64,000 nucleotides of DNA from Camelus dromedarius (GCF_036321535.1 NC_087454.1:21142001-21206000); one strand, 5' to 3'. Positions 1-20,312 are shown, numbered from the stretch's first letter. The notes: generated by a model from the sequence alone, not told the origin. Numbers and translations are program-made.

Positions 1-19
1 ATGAAATCAAGAATGGCTC

Positions 20-152
20 CAAGAGAGAGGGGATAGCTCAGTGGCAGAGTGCCTGCCTAGCGTGCACAAGGTCCTGGGTTCAATCCCTGTACCTCCACTT
101 AAAAAATCAGTAAATAAATAAACGTAATTACCTCCTCCCCTTAAAAAAAAAA
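20..152 (+). mobile_element. tRNA-Ala-derived SINE (Vic-1-like), long-tail form
   Basis: Head GGGGATAGCTCAGTGGCAGAG (A box) and GGTTCAATCCC (B box), followed by an AT-rich tail and poly-A. Target-site duplication AAGAATGGCTC on both sides. Confidence 0.85.
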
Positions 153-1519
153 AAGAATGGCTCTCAGATTCCAGGGTTTTTTTTTTTTTGACTGAATGGC
201 TGCCATTAGCCAGGATAATACAGAAGCAGGTTTTGTACATCGATTTTTAACATGCGGAAGTGTCTGAAGGTTATCCAAGTGGTAAAATTTAGTACTTGAG
301 TTTAGCTCCGGAGAGTTGCCTGAACTAAAAACACAGATTTGAGAGGCTTCAAGCCATTGAGTGAGATTACCTAGAGAAAATGAACAAAACTAAAAGTAAA
401 CTGAGGCAAAATCCTGGCAAACATCAACAGGGGCTAAAGAAGAAGAGTTCACAGAGGAGACCAGCAGAACCTCTGGACAAGCAGAGAAACAAGTGAGAAG
501 TGGTCACAGAAGTCAAGGGTGTAGAAAATTTCAGGAAGGAAGCATGATCAAATGTCAAATACTTGAGAGGTCAAATAAGGTGAGAACTGAGAAGTGCTTC
601 CTGACTTTGCCAATTAGGAGATTCTTGGTGACATTTCCATCAAAGAGTCTCAGTAGTGGAAGAAATGGGCTGAAGAGTGGGATGGGGCAGAGAGAGGAAA
701 ATTAAGATGACAATTTCAGGTCTTGACTGTGCAGGGAGCTAAGAGGTAAATAAGAGAGCCTATAAGAGGATACATATCGATAAGGTTACTTTTTTCTTTC
801 CTTTTTCTTTGGCTGGGAAACTAGCAGAAGGGAGAAGTTAAAAATGTCAACTGGTAGAAAACAGAGGATAGCTTCAGAGTAACAGATAAGGTCGACCAGG
901 TCAAAAGGAAATAAATTTCCTTAATCCGAAGAGAGGACTTCTAGTACAATGGTGAAGGGACACAGACCTGGCCCAGTTTACAGGTAGGAGACGGAAGGCC
1001 AAGAGTTCTCCTATAAATTGGCCTTTCCGTCCTGTTGGTGGGGAGTGGGGGTTTTGAACCACACTCTGAGGGTCAAGGGAAGGATTACTGCCTTTGAACA
1101 GAAGGTCCACTTTAGGTGGCAACCAACCCCAGATTAGATTTTTATGGGTTTGATTCAAGATTGAGCAGAGGGTAAAGCCTTAGAAAAAGCAGAAGCGTTT
1201 TAACTTAAATGGAAGAAACAAGTAAAGTCAAAGTGATCGCAAGGCTGGTTAAGTTTTGTAGAAGGCAGAGTCCAAGTGGCAGGTCTTAATGAAGTAATGA
1301 AGTCTAGGTAGATTCAGGGGAAGTGAAAGTTTATAAAGCAGCCTAAAACAAAGGGGCCGAACATAACGCCCACATCAACCGCCCGCGCCTCAAATCCCCG
1401 CCGCAGGAAGGATGAGGGTGGTGATAAAACTCTTCTCACCCGTCTGGGAACAGCACTACACTGCCACACACACTACCCTGCAAACCCTCACATCTCCAGG
1501 TCCAGGCCCCATTCTCCTC

Positions 1520-2300
1520 CACTGACAACAGCTGGGCGGCGCGCGTTTCCGCTGGACTCCAGCCAGGGAGTTCCAAGCTGCACCTTTTACCTGCGGAAAA
1601 GGAACCCAGTCAAGCCGCCTCCCGAGGCCGTGGGCAGTGGGGGAGGGGCCGCTGAGGCAGGAGGTCGGCGCGCCGTGCCCGCTTCCGCCCCACCCACCGC
1701 GCGCGCTCCGAGACCCGCCGCGGGAGCTACGGTGCCCGCCCGGACGCCTGCGCACTGCCGCTCTCCCGCGGCCTCCGTTGCTCCTTTCCCCTCCCCCAAT
1801 CCGGCCGCACCCTTGCGCCTGCGTTGTGCCTGTTCCTGGGCTGCGGCAGCCATGCTGAACCCGTACGGAGAGGCGAGTGGGGGGGACAGGGTCAACGACT
1901 GCGGGATAGGAAGCCGGGGATATGGAGAGGCAGCAGCATTAGAGTGTTTGGGGGGGTCTCTGGAGAAAGGCCTAGGCCATGCGGCCCCGTTGGCCCCTTG
2001 CGCGACCCCCGGAAACCTTCGGAAAACTGGCCACCGTGGCGCGGAGGGGGGGGGGTGTAGGGCAGCTGTCACGTGACCCGACCCGGCCAATCTGGGTGTT
2101 GCTGACGTGGCCGCGCGGCCCCGATGCTTTCCCCACCCCCCAGCTCAGTCGGGAAGGGAGGGGCTGGGGGCTACGCCCCCTCCCCCAACACAACCTCAGT
2201 TTCCGGGGGGGGTGACACCCCGGATTACATCCTCCCCCCGGACCAAGCCGAGGGGAACATTGGAGCCCCCCTGGAAGGTTCCAAGATCCAGGTGAGAAGG
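1520..2300. promoter_or_regulatory. CpG island; probable distal/alternative BRD2 promoter
   Basis: Very GC/CpG rich. Contains palindromic E-box GTCACGTGAC (2068-2077), CCAAT (2087-2091) and TGACGTGG (2103-2110). Confidence 0.6.
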
Positions 2301-3989
2301 GGTGCTGGAGGGGGGAGGTTGCCAGCTATTTAAATGTTTAACCAATGGTGGGGAGTCCAGCAGGGAGATTCTTGGGGTTCAGAGAAGAATCCTGAGGGTG
2401 GGAGGATTTGTCCTTCAAACAGTTTACAGCCAATGGGAGCGTGGAGGGCGAGCAGGAGAGGGCCCCTCGGGTGGGGGAAGGGAATGGCCAACCTCATGTC
2501 TCTATACCAATTGGAGGGCAAAGGGGCGTGGGGGCGGTGTGTCCCCCCCTTTCCATTCGTCCCCTGGGGGTACAGCAGCCTGGAGCCAGGTGAGAAGGGA
2601 TCCTTTTGGCGGCTGGAGGGAGGGGTGACTAGTTCTTACCGTAGATGTGAATGCTTAGAGTTGGCAACCCAGGTTGTGAACTGAGATTGTTCCGGGCGCC
2701 CACTCCCTTTCTCCCCAGAGACTACAGAAGGAGCATTTCTGTGCTTTCTTTGTGTCAGAGATAGGAAGATGGCAGTCATCACATGGCATGGTGGAGGTTA
2801 AGCTTCGAGTCGCTTATCGAATTTGTGGGCATTCACGTGGACATGGCCTGTGGAGCCTTCTGAACAAACCTTCGTTGCCCCAGTGGGGTCTTAGCTGAGC
2901 ATGTGTCTGCAGTAGGCTGGGGAGGGGTTAGAGGCTGAAAGCTTGCGGTCGGCTTGGGGCCAGAAACCAGGCCCAACGTGGGTCTTGGGAGGGGTTGAAA
3001 ATCGTGGTCTGACACAGAAGAGACTGAGTCTCAGGACCTGACAAGGTTTGGGGTTTCTCCAAGGTGGCGTCTTTTGCCTCCTTCATCCCCTCCCCCATTC
3101 CTGAACAGTTCTCTCCTTGTGTACTGCGGGGGAGGGAACGGAAAGGAGGGAAGAGTTACTTTTCCAAATTACTGAGTAGCAGTAGCCTCCCGTGTGACTC
3201 ATGTGGGGGGAGGATTGGGAGGGAGTAGGGAGCAGTGATTTTCCGGAATGCAGGGAAATAAGCCAGAGAAATGTCTGGCTGCCCTTTCCCTTTCTAAGGC
3301 CCTGCATTTTCTCGACCTCCTAAATTTTTCTTCCCTGCCCGGCCCCCTGATGGGTCTTTGTGCAGACTTGCCAGGCCCCGGGTGCAGAAAAGCAGATTGG
3401 GGAGGCTGGGCCACGAGGGGTGGGGGAGGGGAGAAGGCCTCTGTAAAGTTGCTGTGTCATTGCTCGCCCTGCTGCAGCTACCCGGGTGGGCCCGCTTGTA
3501 CTTTTGGGGCCGAGGCCTCTTGGGAGCGAGAGGGGGCAGTGAGGGGAGAGATTCTGCTTTCCCTGTGCCCACTTCCCCCCGCAGGGTTTGCCCGTCTCGG
3601 GTGATCGAGAAGACGGGAGATTGCCGGCCATTTTAGACGCAGTAACTAAGGTTAGGGCTCTAGAGCAGCCACTAAGAAGGTAGGGTGACAGGGTTGAAGC
3701 TCTAGAACCTAGACCTTCACGAAGCCCTGGGAGTGGGGGATGGGTCTCCCATATTCTTTGATTTACTTTTTCTTTCCGAGATATGCATAATTTTTTTTTC
3801 TGGTAGCCAGGGAAGGGGACATGGGGAGGGGTGGCCCCCACCAAAGCCTAGTTGGGGTAAATTTCACTCCCCGTAAGGGGGCAGGGGAGCTCAGAGATGG
3901 CTTTAGAGATCCTGACCTTGTGCTCTGGCTCTTCATATGTAGTTTGTAACCCTATTCAGATCAGCAGATTGTGGGAAAGATCTAGTTGA

Positions 3990-4330
3990 GTGGTTTGGGG
4001 GATGGGGGCGAAACTGAACTCCCAAAATGGCTCCTGCTCCTCCTCGGAGGCGGACGGTCCGGGGGGGAGGGGAGGAGGGGAAAGAAGGAGGGGGGGAGGG
4101 CTAGCCCGAGCCGCAGCCGCCGCCTCCTGCGCTCGCCCTCCTCCCTGGCGCTGACCGATGGACCAGCCGCTCCGTGGGGAGGACTCCGGACCCTGGTGGG
4201 GGGGATGGGGGAGCTCTTCCGCCCCCACATCACCGGGACCCTAAGAGCGGGGTGCGGGCCTGCTTTCGGGTCGGGGGAGGGCGGGGCGCGTGGGGAAAGG
4301 TCTGAACTCGCCAGGAGGGGCAGGGTGTTC
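3990..4330 (+). promoter_or_regulatory. CpG-rich segment; probable alternative BRD2 first exon/promoter
   Basis: CpG-rich, with a YY1-like CAAAATGGC near 4023 and G-rich runs; lies upstream of the BRD2 coding start. Confidence 0.45.
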
Positions 4331-5303
4331 ACCCTGATTCGCCCCTTGCAGGACGTGTTTTTTTGCTCTGAGCCAGATAACCGGAATGAAGTTTGGGGAG
4401 GAGGTGGGTTTCATCTTATAGGGTATATCGGTGTTTAGAGATTTTTGTTCCCACTTCAGGGCTGCCGAGGTTTTGTCGAGCAGGCCGATATTTGTATTGG
4501 TAACTTAAGGCATGAGTGGGAGGGATTGGAGAGGTGTGTGGGGTGCAGGTACTTGGAACTGATTTTGTTTAGTTGCCTTGATGAGAAGCCTTTGGGAATT
4601 CACAGATGGTAGATTCTGAGGAGTGTTTTGCCTTTGTCCTTCGATTTTTTGACCTGGTGAAGGGAGGGGAGGGTTTTAAGACTATGGAAGGCGTGTATTG
4701 TTGATTGTGGAGCGCAGGAACGTTAGATTCCTTCCTCGCTATATTCGGGAGCCCTTAGCTTTTTGCCAAGAATGGAAGGTCGGGACTTCTAAGATGGCGT
4801 CTTCTTCCTCATTTCAGGTTCTTCTCTGCAGCGGCCTCACTGCCGAGAGCGGGCGTCCTGTGGCCACACCCCAGCGGGTCGATGTTGGCTACGCCCACGC
4901 GGCCCTCCCCAGTTCTCCTCACCGTCTGGCCAATGGAGGAGCTACGAATGGCACGACCTGCCCGGGCTTGGCAGTCGCCAGTCGCACCGGCCTTGGACGC
5001 CTGGAAAGACTTTGTTGGAAGGGGAGGCGGGGAGAGGGTTTTGCACCCCTGCCAGCCTCCGTCTTTCCGTGGAGTTGCCGAACCACAGCGCAGCCAATTG
5101 GCTCAGAGATGTGGCCGGTTGCTGCTTCCCCGTGGGTCTATGCGGCACTCTTCTGCCTGGTGACTGATGCTTTGAAAATAAGGCTTATGACGTCATCGCT
5201 TCAGCAGACCAATAGAAAACGCTCCCGCGGAGAAGTGTTCCTCCCTCTTCAACTCTGCTTCTTCACGCGCGTGAGCGAGCGTGCGCGCGCGGAGGGGGTG
5301 GGG

Positions 5304-5725
5304 NNNNNNNNNNNNNNNNNNNNNNNNNNNNNNNNNNNNNNNNNNNNNNNNNNNNNNNNNNNNNNNNNNNNNNNNNNNNNNNNNNNNNNNNNNNNNNNNN
5401 NNNNNNNNNNNNNNNNNNNNNNNNNNNNNNNNNNNNNNNNNNNNNNNNNNNNNNNNNNNNNNNNNNNNNNNNNNNNNNNNNNNNNNNNNNNNNNNNNNNN
5501 NNNNNNNNNNNNNNNNNNNNNNNNNNNNNNNGTCCCGGCGGACAGTACAGACCCCATAGNNNNNNNNNNNNNNNNNNNNNNNNNNNNNNNNNNNNNNNNN
5601 NNNNNNNNNNNNNNNNNNNNNNNNNNNNNNNNNNNNNNNNNNNNNNNNNNNNNNNNNNNNNNNNNNNNNNNNNNNNNNNNNNNNNNNNNNNNNNNNNNNN
5701 NNNNNNNNNNNNNNNNNNNNNNNNN
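5304..5725. other. N-runs 5304-5531 and 5560-5725 in the BRD2 5' region
   Basis: 228 and 166 Ns separated by a 28-nt island. Confidence 0.99.
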
Positions 5726-6021
5726 CGCGGACGGTCCCAGCAGGAAGAGTGAATCTTTGCAGACCAACAGCGGGCAATATTGACGACGGTGTCTGGGATC
5801 GGGGGCCGTCCTGGGGTTTGAAGAGTCCGTCCCCCTTCGCTCGCCCGCCTCAGCTGAGGCCGCCGCCATTTTCTCGCTGTCCGCCTCCTGCGGAGCGCGC
5901 CAAGCTGCCAGAGTTCTTTGGGAAACAGCGGAGGAGACTGCTTTCGTGCCGGCCCGGCGCGGGGGGTTGTCGCCTGGAGGGCCAAGGGCGACGGCCCCCG
6001 CCCCCACACACTTCCCGGGTT

Positions 6022-6075
6022 ATGCTGGACCGGGAGGTAAGGGGAACCGAGGCCACCTGGACTCTCCGCGGCTGA
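6022..6075 (+). other. Upstream ORF in the BRD2 5' UTR (MLDREVRGTEATWTLRG*)
   Basis: ATG at 6022 and TGA at 6073-6075, ending 27 nt before the BRD2 ATG at 6103. Confidence 0.55.
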
Positions 6076-6102
6076 GGGCAGCGCTGGTTCCCCGCGGTCA
6101 AG

Positions 6103-13233
<7,131 letters not shown>

Positions 13234-13820
13234 GGGGCCAGACCAGATGGGGCAGGAGGCTCCGCAGGACGGGACCCCAAGACCACCCTGCCCCACCCCT
13301 TCCCTCCCCTTGCTGTGATACTTCCTCATCTCACCTCACCTCCCCCCCACTGTAGGAGAGCTGGCTCTGCATGGGGGAGGGATGCAGGGACAATTACTGA
13401 AGGAGGAACATAAATGGACAAAATACGACGGAGTTCCCAGCCCCACTGAGAGTGACCTCTTGGGCATAGAGCCCCCCATTCCAAATGACTAGGGCAGGGG
13501 TACAGGGTGGGAGTGGGCAAAGGCCCTGATGTGGGGTTACCTGAGGCCATAGCTGCCCTGTTCACTTGGATGGGCCCCATTTTGAGGTTGTTTGTTCTAA
13601 TTTATTTTAAGCTAGGTAAGGGCTGGGGGTTGGGGCCGTGGTACCCTCAGTCTTCATGGGGAGGGAAGAAGGGGAGCTCTTTTTTTTTTTACGTTGACCT
13701 TTTTTTTTCTACTCTGTTTTCCCTTTTCCTTCTGCTCTGTTTGGGGCTCCTGGGGGTTTCAGTCATCTCCCCATTTGGTCCCCTGGATTGTCTTTTCTTT
13801 GTCTGTTATTCTAACTTGTA

Positions 13821-13826
13821 AATAAA
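13821..13826 (+). terminator. BRD2 polyadenylation signal AATAAA
   Basis: AATAAA about 590 nt after the stop codon, followed by T/GT-rich sequence. Confidence 0.7.
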
Positions 13827-14384
13827 GAAAATATTATTCAAGTTTTTAGTTCATTATCTTAACATTTGTTTCTGTGGTGTTTTAAAAGGAGCATGATACA
13901 ATTGAGAATGTTGAGGAAAATATTCCTGAGGTGAGAGAAAAAAAGCCATCCTGTTTTAAATAAACCAGTAAGTAGGTTGTTGCTGTGGTGACAAAAATGC
14001 ATATGCCCTTTGTAAAGTGAATACTCCAAAATAAGCTTAAGGTTCACAATTTGCTTTGATCTAGATGAAGTAAAAGGCAAATTCTTTGACTCATTCGTGG
14101 CTTAACCTAACCAGGAGTTTTCAGACTCTTCAGGTAACTCAGGTTTTCTGCCAGTGGACTTTCCCCTGGACACATCGCAAGATAGGGAAAGAATGGGGGG
14201 TAGCCAACCAGGGATACCTTTTTTTTGCATTGGGCACGTGCCTTGAGGCAGTTAGACCTGCTTTTACAATTTGCTGCTTTGGCCTCAAATTGCACATTAA
14301 CAGCCTTGCATATAGTTGGTTAATACAATGCCAATTTGGAGAATCTCAGCGATTTCCTTTTTGGTTTTGGGAGGAGGAGAGTAG

Positions 14385-14470
14385 GTTTGTTTAGTGGAGG
14401 GACTGGGGGTTGAAGCCAGGACCTCATGCATGCTATAATCACACTATCATTGAGCTAGACCCTCCACCCC
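14385..14470 (-). mobile_element. Vic-1-like SINE (diverged)
   Basis: Degenerate copy of the same tRNA-like head in reverse orientation. Confidence 0.7.
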
Positions 14471-16269
14471 CAATCTTACCAGTTCTTACCAAACTGAAAA
14501 CATTCCTGTATGTCCAACAGCTGCTTAGAGCTCAGTGAGTGAACCTTTCAACTCCCTTTGAGCTGTCGTCCTAGAGTGATCTTAAAAGATTTTCAAAGTT
14601 CAGAAGTACTTTAGAGTTGGGGTGGGATAGGAGTTACGTAAGTCTGAAAGGAAAAATGTTAGAAGCAAGGATTTTGTATGTATAGCACTATCATTTAAGA
14701 GGGAATTTAAAAGTTTGAGTTAGTTTAGGGGGAAGGACAGTTACAGAATTGAGTCCGTGGCTGCATCCACTTCTGTTCGTGTCCCTTAAGTATTTTTTGT
14801 TGGGGGAAATAAAGATTTCAATTCTGGAAAGGTAGGTTTCTGACTACCTGTGGAGGCGATTTAATACAGTTCCTATATACTGAATCCAGAACTCTAAATG
14901 CTTAAAGAGAAAGACACCTGGCTTATTTCCTTAACTGCAGAACTGGCTGAGATCAGGCAAGAATAGCTCTGGACCTGGTTTATACCTCCCACTTTGCCAC
15001 ATTAGTAGGCAGTTTACAAATGTTCGTGAATTTCCTGGCCATCACTACTGGCAGTCCTTGTCCTGGTATTGATCCTTGAGGTTTCCACTTGGGCCAGTAC
15101 TTTAATGTACGTTTTCTCTTAGTCACATTAACTGATCCAAGCCTAACTCTGCCCCATCCCCCCCTCTCCTTTTGGCCTTGTAATAGTTTGAGGAGTCAGG
15201 TCTCCAACTTGGTTGGAATTACTGCCTGCTAAAGTAACAAGCACCATTTCCAGCGCTATCAGAAGGATGCGATTATGGAGTCCCACTGTGGGCAGTGTTC
15301 TTCCCATGCCCTTGCCAGCACTTGAAAGCATGGGTTCCACTGCCTCTGCTGCTTTTTGCTACCTGTTAACACCATTTACTCCCCTTTAATGCTTCCATTG
15401 GAAGCACTCATTCAGTCAACACGTTTTGAGTTCCTTTTTTATTTTTCAACTAACACTATCAGGTCAGTAGACTTAGACATTGCCAAACTGCTAAATCAGG
15501 AGGTGTGGAGCTGAAGGTAGAAAGATGGCCCTATACTGAATCTCCATCGAAGTACAGTTATTAACTGTCATGGTGCAGTTGTACTGGTCGGCTCCAAGGT
15601 GAAAGCAGGACTTGGTCTCTCAGACTGTTAATTGTTAGCACCCCAGTCTAAGCCTTGCCAACCTTGCTCTTGGTTTCCCTCAGAGCTATTCTGACTGAAA
15701 AGCCCTGCTTCCCTGAGGGGCTCCCAGGACAAGGACCAAAGCTGGTTGGAGTTACTCTCTGAGACTTGCCAAAGATCATGTCAGGGAGGTCACTGCTGAT
15801 CTGACGTCTCGTGATCTCCCACCTTTGCTTCTTTACTCTTTCTGGATCATCACCCTAGTTCAAGCTCTTTGCAAAATCCCACTTGCCGTTTTCTGTCCTC
15901 ACAGTTTACATGCTGGGAGCAGGGAAAGGAGATATCAAACAGTTTTTAATAAAAATTGTGAGTTCTATCAGCACAATGTGCAAAGGTCTATAGAGAATTT
16001 AGAAGAGAAGGTTCAGATCGGAGAGATTTCCAATCAGAACTGTTCAGACATCTCAGAAGGCGAGTAGTGTCTGGCTCAGGGAGGATGGGAGTGAATGTTG
16101 CCAGCAGAAGGAACAGTGATGGTAACTGCCTGCGTGTGTACAGTTTGTGATGGAGCAGCAGGAATGAAGATGTGTGCTTCCAGATAAGGCCAGAGAATTG
16201 GGCAGAGCTAGATCAAGGAGGTCATTTAGACCACAATAAGAATTTGAATTTTTATCCTGAAGTCTTTAA

Positions 16270-16500
16270 AAACAGCTTTCATTTATCAGGCACTCACTAT
16301 GTGCCAAACATTGTACTAAAAACAACCTGTAAACTTACTTGAGCCTCATTATAGTCCTCTGAGGTAAGTCTTACTTACCTTCACTTAATAGATGAAGAAA
16401 TGAGGCAGAAAAGTTAAGGAACTTGCCCAAAGTTGCAATACAGCCAGTGAACGCTGCAGATGGGATTTAACCCCAGCAATCTCGTTCCAGGAACTACTAT
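16270..16500. mobile_element. MIR-like ancient SINE
   Basis: MIR-like core (AGATGAAGAAATGAGGCAGAAAAGTTAAGGAACTTGCCCAAAGT...GGGATTTAACCCCAG). Confidence 0.55.
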
Positions 16501-17099
16501 GCTAGAATTCCAATATTGTGTGGGCTGGTGGGGAGCTAGGAGACACCTGCTTGGAAGAAACAGCAGTTGGGAGAATCACGTTGGGTTAGCGGGGTGCTGA
16601 AAATGGATGTAGAATGACAGTTTAGAAAGGCACTGCAGTGGTCCTTCCCAGTAAGTGAGGATAGTGGTTTGGAGTGGAGAGGTAGCAATGTGCATGAAGA
16701 GGCGTGGGTAGATTTGAAACCTATGTAGGAGATAAAATGGATGGGACTATGCTTTGAAGGTTCTTACTTTATCCCCACATACCAAAGGAAGAGTGGAGTT
16801 GTGTGTATATATATACATGTACATTTCTGTATCGGCCTCTATCCTTCGGAGTCCTGGAGCATTCCAGCAGTGGAAGTTTGATAGTTCCTCAACTAAAGGA
16901 ATGTCGCCCGGCTGACAGGTTGGAATGAAGCTCAGCTAGGCTTGCCTAAGGGGTAGGGGTTCTGAGACCCATGTTAATAGCCACAGAGGATCTTTGGCGC
17001 CACCTGGTGAACGTGTTACCCATGACTTCTTCCTGAATGTCGATTCTAGACTTTTGTGTGCCCACCCTCCCATCTTCAGGTGCTTCTTTCCTTTCCTTC

Positions 17100-18190
17100 T
17101 TCCTTTACTATACTTCAGCCCTTGAAACATGAGCCTTCACTTTTCTGACCCAGAGGTCCTTCTCTCCTTGTACATCTCCCCTACTGTGGTGTCCCCTGGT
17201 TCTTTGACACCATTGGTTCCTCACTCTAGAGTCTCTGCCCCAGCCTTCCATGGGATGGTGTTGTCCCTCATGTTACTCCTTCTTTGGTCCTCTTACTTGC
17301 ACAGTATTTCTAAGCAATTTTATCCATTCCTCTGGAGACAACTGCCACTCATAAAATCTATCTCTGTCTAGACCTTGCTCCAAAGTTCCAAGTCTGTTTT
17401 TCAACTGCCTGATGCCAGTGTCCCATAGTCTCTTGACACACAGTACATGTCCAGAAAAGGTCCTATCTTTTTCCCAAACACATCCCTCTGTGAGTTACCC
17501 ATTTAAATAACAAGCAACCATACGGAACTCATTAATGTGCCTTTCAAATTAAGTCCTCATAATAATCCCATGAAGCAGATACTCATCACCCTTTTATAGA
17601 TGAGGCTCAGAACCAGTAGCAGTAACATTAAATAACAGTTCTACAGTAAGTAAGTAGCAGTGTCATTAATGTAACATTACTCTCCCGGTCACTGGAGCCA
17701 GAGTCTGGTGCTCTGCCTAGAGTTCTCCCCCGGCTCCCCTTCTCTGTCCAGTCCCTGAGGCCTGCGGAGCCTTCCTCTATCACTCTGTCCTCTCAGTGCC
17801 CCCCAGGCTGGACTGTCATGACTCTTCTTCCTAGTTTTCTATCCATAGCCCTATTTCCAGTTAATCCACCCCCAACACTGTTGCTGCTGGAGAGATCCTT
17901 TAGAAAATAAATCTGATCATGTCACTTATGACCCTTAAGGCTTAAACTCCTTTGCAAGGCATACAAGGCCTCTATCTAGCTTTTGTCACCTCTGTAAGGT
18001 CAGAGTCCCCATTCACCCTTTGTTGAACTCTGTGCTCAACTCAGAGCAGAAGATAGGCCTTCCCAGATTCTCCCACAGTTTATTGCCACTGGACCTTGGC
18101 ATATGCTGTTCTCTCTGCCTGGAATATGCTCTTTCCCCCATCAGCAATCCTACATAATTTCCAAGTACAACTTGTTACCTCCCTTATAAA
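17100..18190 (+). mobile_element. L2 fragments (with a MIR-like insert)
   Basis: L2-like phrases AAATCTGATCATGTCACT, GCATATGCTGTTCTCTCTGCCTGGAAT and AAATCTATCTCTGTCTAGACC. Confidence 0.5.
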
Positions 18191-18715
18191 GGCTTTTCTG
18201 ACTGTCCTTTCATCCCCCATGACAGACACACACACACCTTCCAAGGGACCTCACTGAGCCTCCAACTACATACCAGTCCCTCTCATTCAACCCCTCCCCT
18301 GTCTGCAGGCTCCAGCACGAGTGTCTAGCATTGTGGCTACACACAGATTGTCTGTGTGGCTGTTCTGCTCACCAGCCTTTTGAGGACTCTCCCAGTGGAC
18401 CATCAGACTGACAAATTCCCTTTTCAGTTCACAACTTAACTTCCTTCCTCGTTAGTTTTGCCCCACCGTGCATGTGTTCCACAGCTCTTTTGTGAGCTAG
18501 GGACTGTCTCTTATTCTTTATATCCTTAACTTGCCAGGGCCTGGGGAAGTGGTTTCAATATAAGCATAAATGAAGGTGAAACTTTCTCTTGGCATTTGCA
18601 TCCATGCAGATGCCCCAGCACAGATCCCAAAAGGAGGCTGATCAGCCCCGCCTTAGGGCTGACAGGCCCAGAGTTGGGATTTGGACAGGATGTATCATCA
18701 AGGTAGGGTAGATGC

Positions 18716-18826
18716 CGGGTAAACAACCGTCCTGGTTTTGCCCAGCACTGAGGAGCTTTCCAGGACCTGGGACTGTTAGCAATTAAACTGAGACAGTCCT
18801 GGACAAATTGGGATGAGCGGTCACCT
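18716..18826. mobile_element. MER81-like hAT MITE
   Basis: About 110 bp with imperfect terminal inverted repeats (GGGTAAACAACCGTCC ... GGGATGAGCGGTCACC). Confidence 0.6.
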
Positions 18827-19499
18827 CATGAAAGGGAGACTTAATCACCACTTAGGACATATAGGGAGGTAGTGCTAATACACACTAGGTTGTATTATTG
18901 TCCAGGTCCTAAGCTTGTCACTTTATATACTCATCTCATGATTCTCACAATGTTCAACTCCTGATCGTTAGAGTCTATGATACCCACTTAACAGAAGAGA
19001 AAACAGAGATCCAGAGAGGAATATTAACTTGGCCTTAATCACTGGTTCCAAAGACCATGTCTTTCTGCTCTACCATGTTGTCTCAGGGGTCCTTCAACCA
19101 CCTACTTCCCTCGTGTCCTGCCCCCTCCCCACCAGGCCAGTACCCCTCCCTCCCTCACTGGGGCACTAGGCCTCTCACCTCCATTGAGGCCTCCCCTCAA
19201 CCTAAGGTGGCCAGGATAAGAATAGCTCCTGTAAAAGTAAGAGAGACCCATCATCCAAACTTCAAGTCATTTTGTGTCCTTGTATAGCAAGTAAATATTT
19301 ATACATGATAAAATATTTCTCACGTGTTTGCCAAATGAGGACAATGCTAATTTTGTTGGATAAGTTAATGTTTGGTCGAAAAAAAAGTAAAGTGCTCTTT
19401 TATCAGCTATAACTGTCAAACCTCAGAGTCAGTTACTGTTACAGTTTCTGAGACTGAGAACATAACACTGGACAACCCATTAATACTTTCCACCTATTA

Positions 19500-20302
19500 A
19501 AGATATCATGACATTTGTTGTTCTCTGTTTGATTTATTTCACTTAGTATGATCATCTCTAGGTCCATCCATTTTGCTGCAAATGGCATTATTTCATTCTT
19601 TTCTATAGCTGAGTAATATTCCATTATATATACATATATATACACAACATCTTCTTTAACCAGTCAACTGTCAATGGACACTTAGGTTGCTAAACAAATG
19701 GGACCTAATCAAACTTATAAGCTTTTACACATAAACCAAACAACCATAAACAAATCAAAAAGACAACCTACAGAACAGGAGATAATATTTGCAAGGGATG
19801 TGACCAACAAGGCCTTAATTTCCGAAATATACAAACAGCTCATACAGCTCAATATAAAAAAAAAAAAATGTTAAAAAAAAAAAAACAACCCAATCAAAAA
19901 ATGAACAGAAGACCTAAGTAGACATTTCTCCAAAGAAGACATACAGATGGCTGACAGGTACATGAAAATATACTCAACATCGCTAATTGTTAGAGAAATG
20001 CAAATTGAAACCACAGTGAGATGTATCACCTCACACCAGTCGGAATGGCCATCAGCAAAAAGTCTACAAATAATAAATGTTGGAGAGGGTGTGGGGAAAA
20101 GGAANNNNNNNNNNNNNNNNNNNNNNNNNNNNNNNNNNNNNNNNNNNNNNNNNNNNNNNNNNNNNNNNNNNNNNNNNNNNNNNNNNNNNNNNNNNNNNNN
20201 NNNNNNNNNNNNNNNNNNNNNNNNNNNNNNNNGGAAAAGATGAAAACTCTAATTCGAAAAGATACATGCACCCCAATGTTCATAGCAGCACTATTTACAA
20301 TA
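19500..20302. mobile_element. L1 fragment with 5' inversion (19692-20302 on +, 19500-19691 on -); includes N-run 20105-20232
   Basis: The + segment encodes L1 ORF2 C-terminal motifs (YHLTPV..., KDTCTPMFIAALFTI). The - segment continues from the next L1 position (QPKCP..., EYYSAIEKNEIMPFAAKWMDLE). Confidence 0.85.
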
Positions 20303-20312
20303 TCTTTTTAAA

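Noticed and set aside
1456-4438. Many 70-170 aa ORFs on both strands upstream of BRD2
   Set aside because: Low-complexity Pro/Gly/Arg/Ala products are expected in GC-rich CpG islands, and there is no recognisable domain.
19439-20311. ORFs with L1 ORF2 similarity as functional genes
   Set aside because: These are short truncated retrotransposon fragments; the same applies at 35169-35553, 39707-39997 and 53877-54098.
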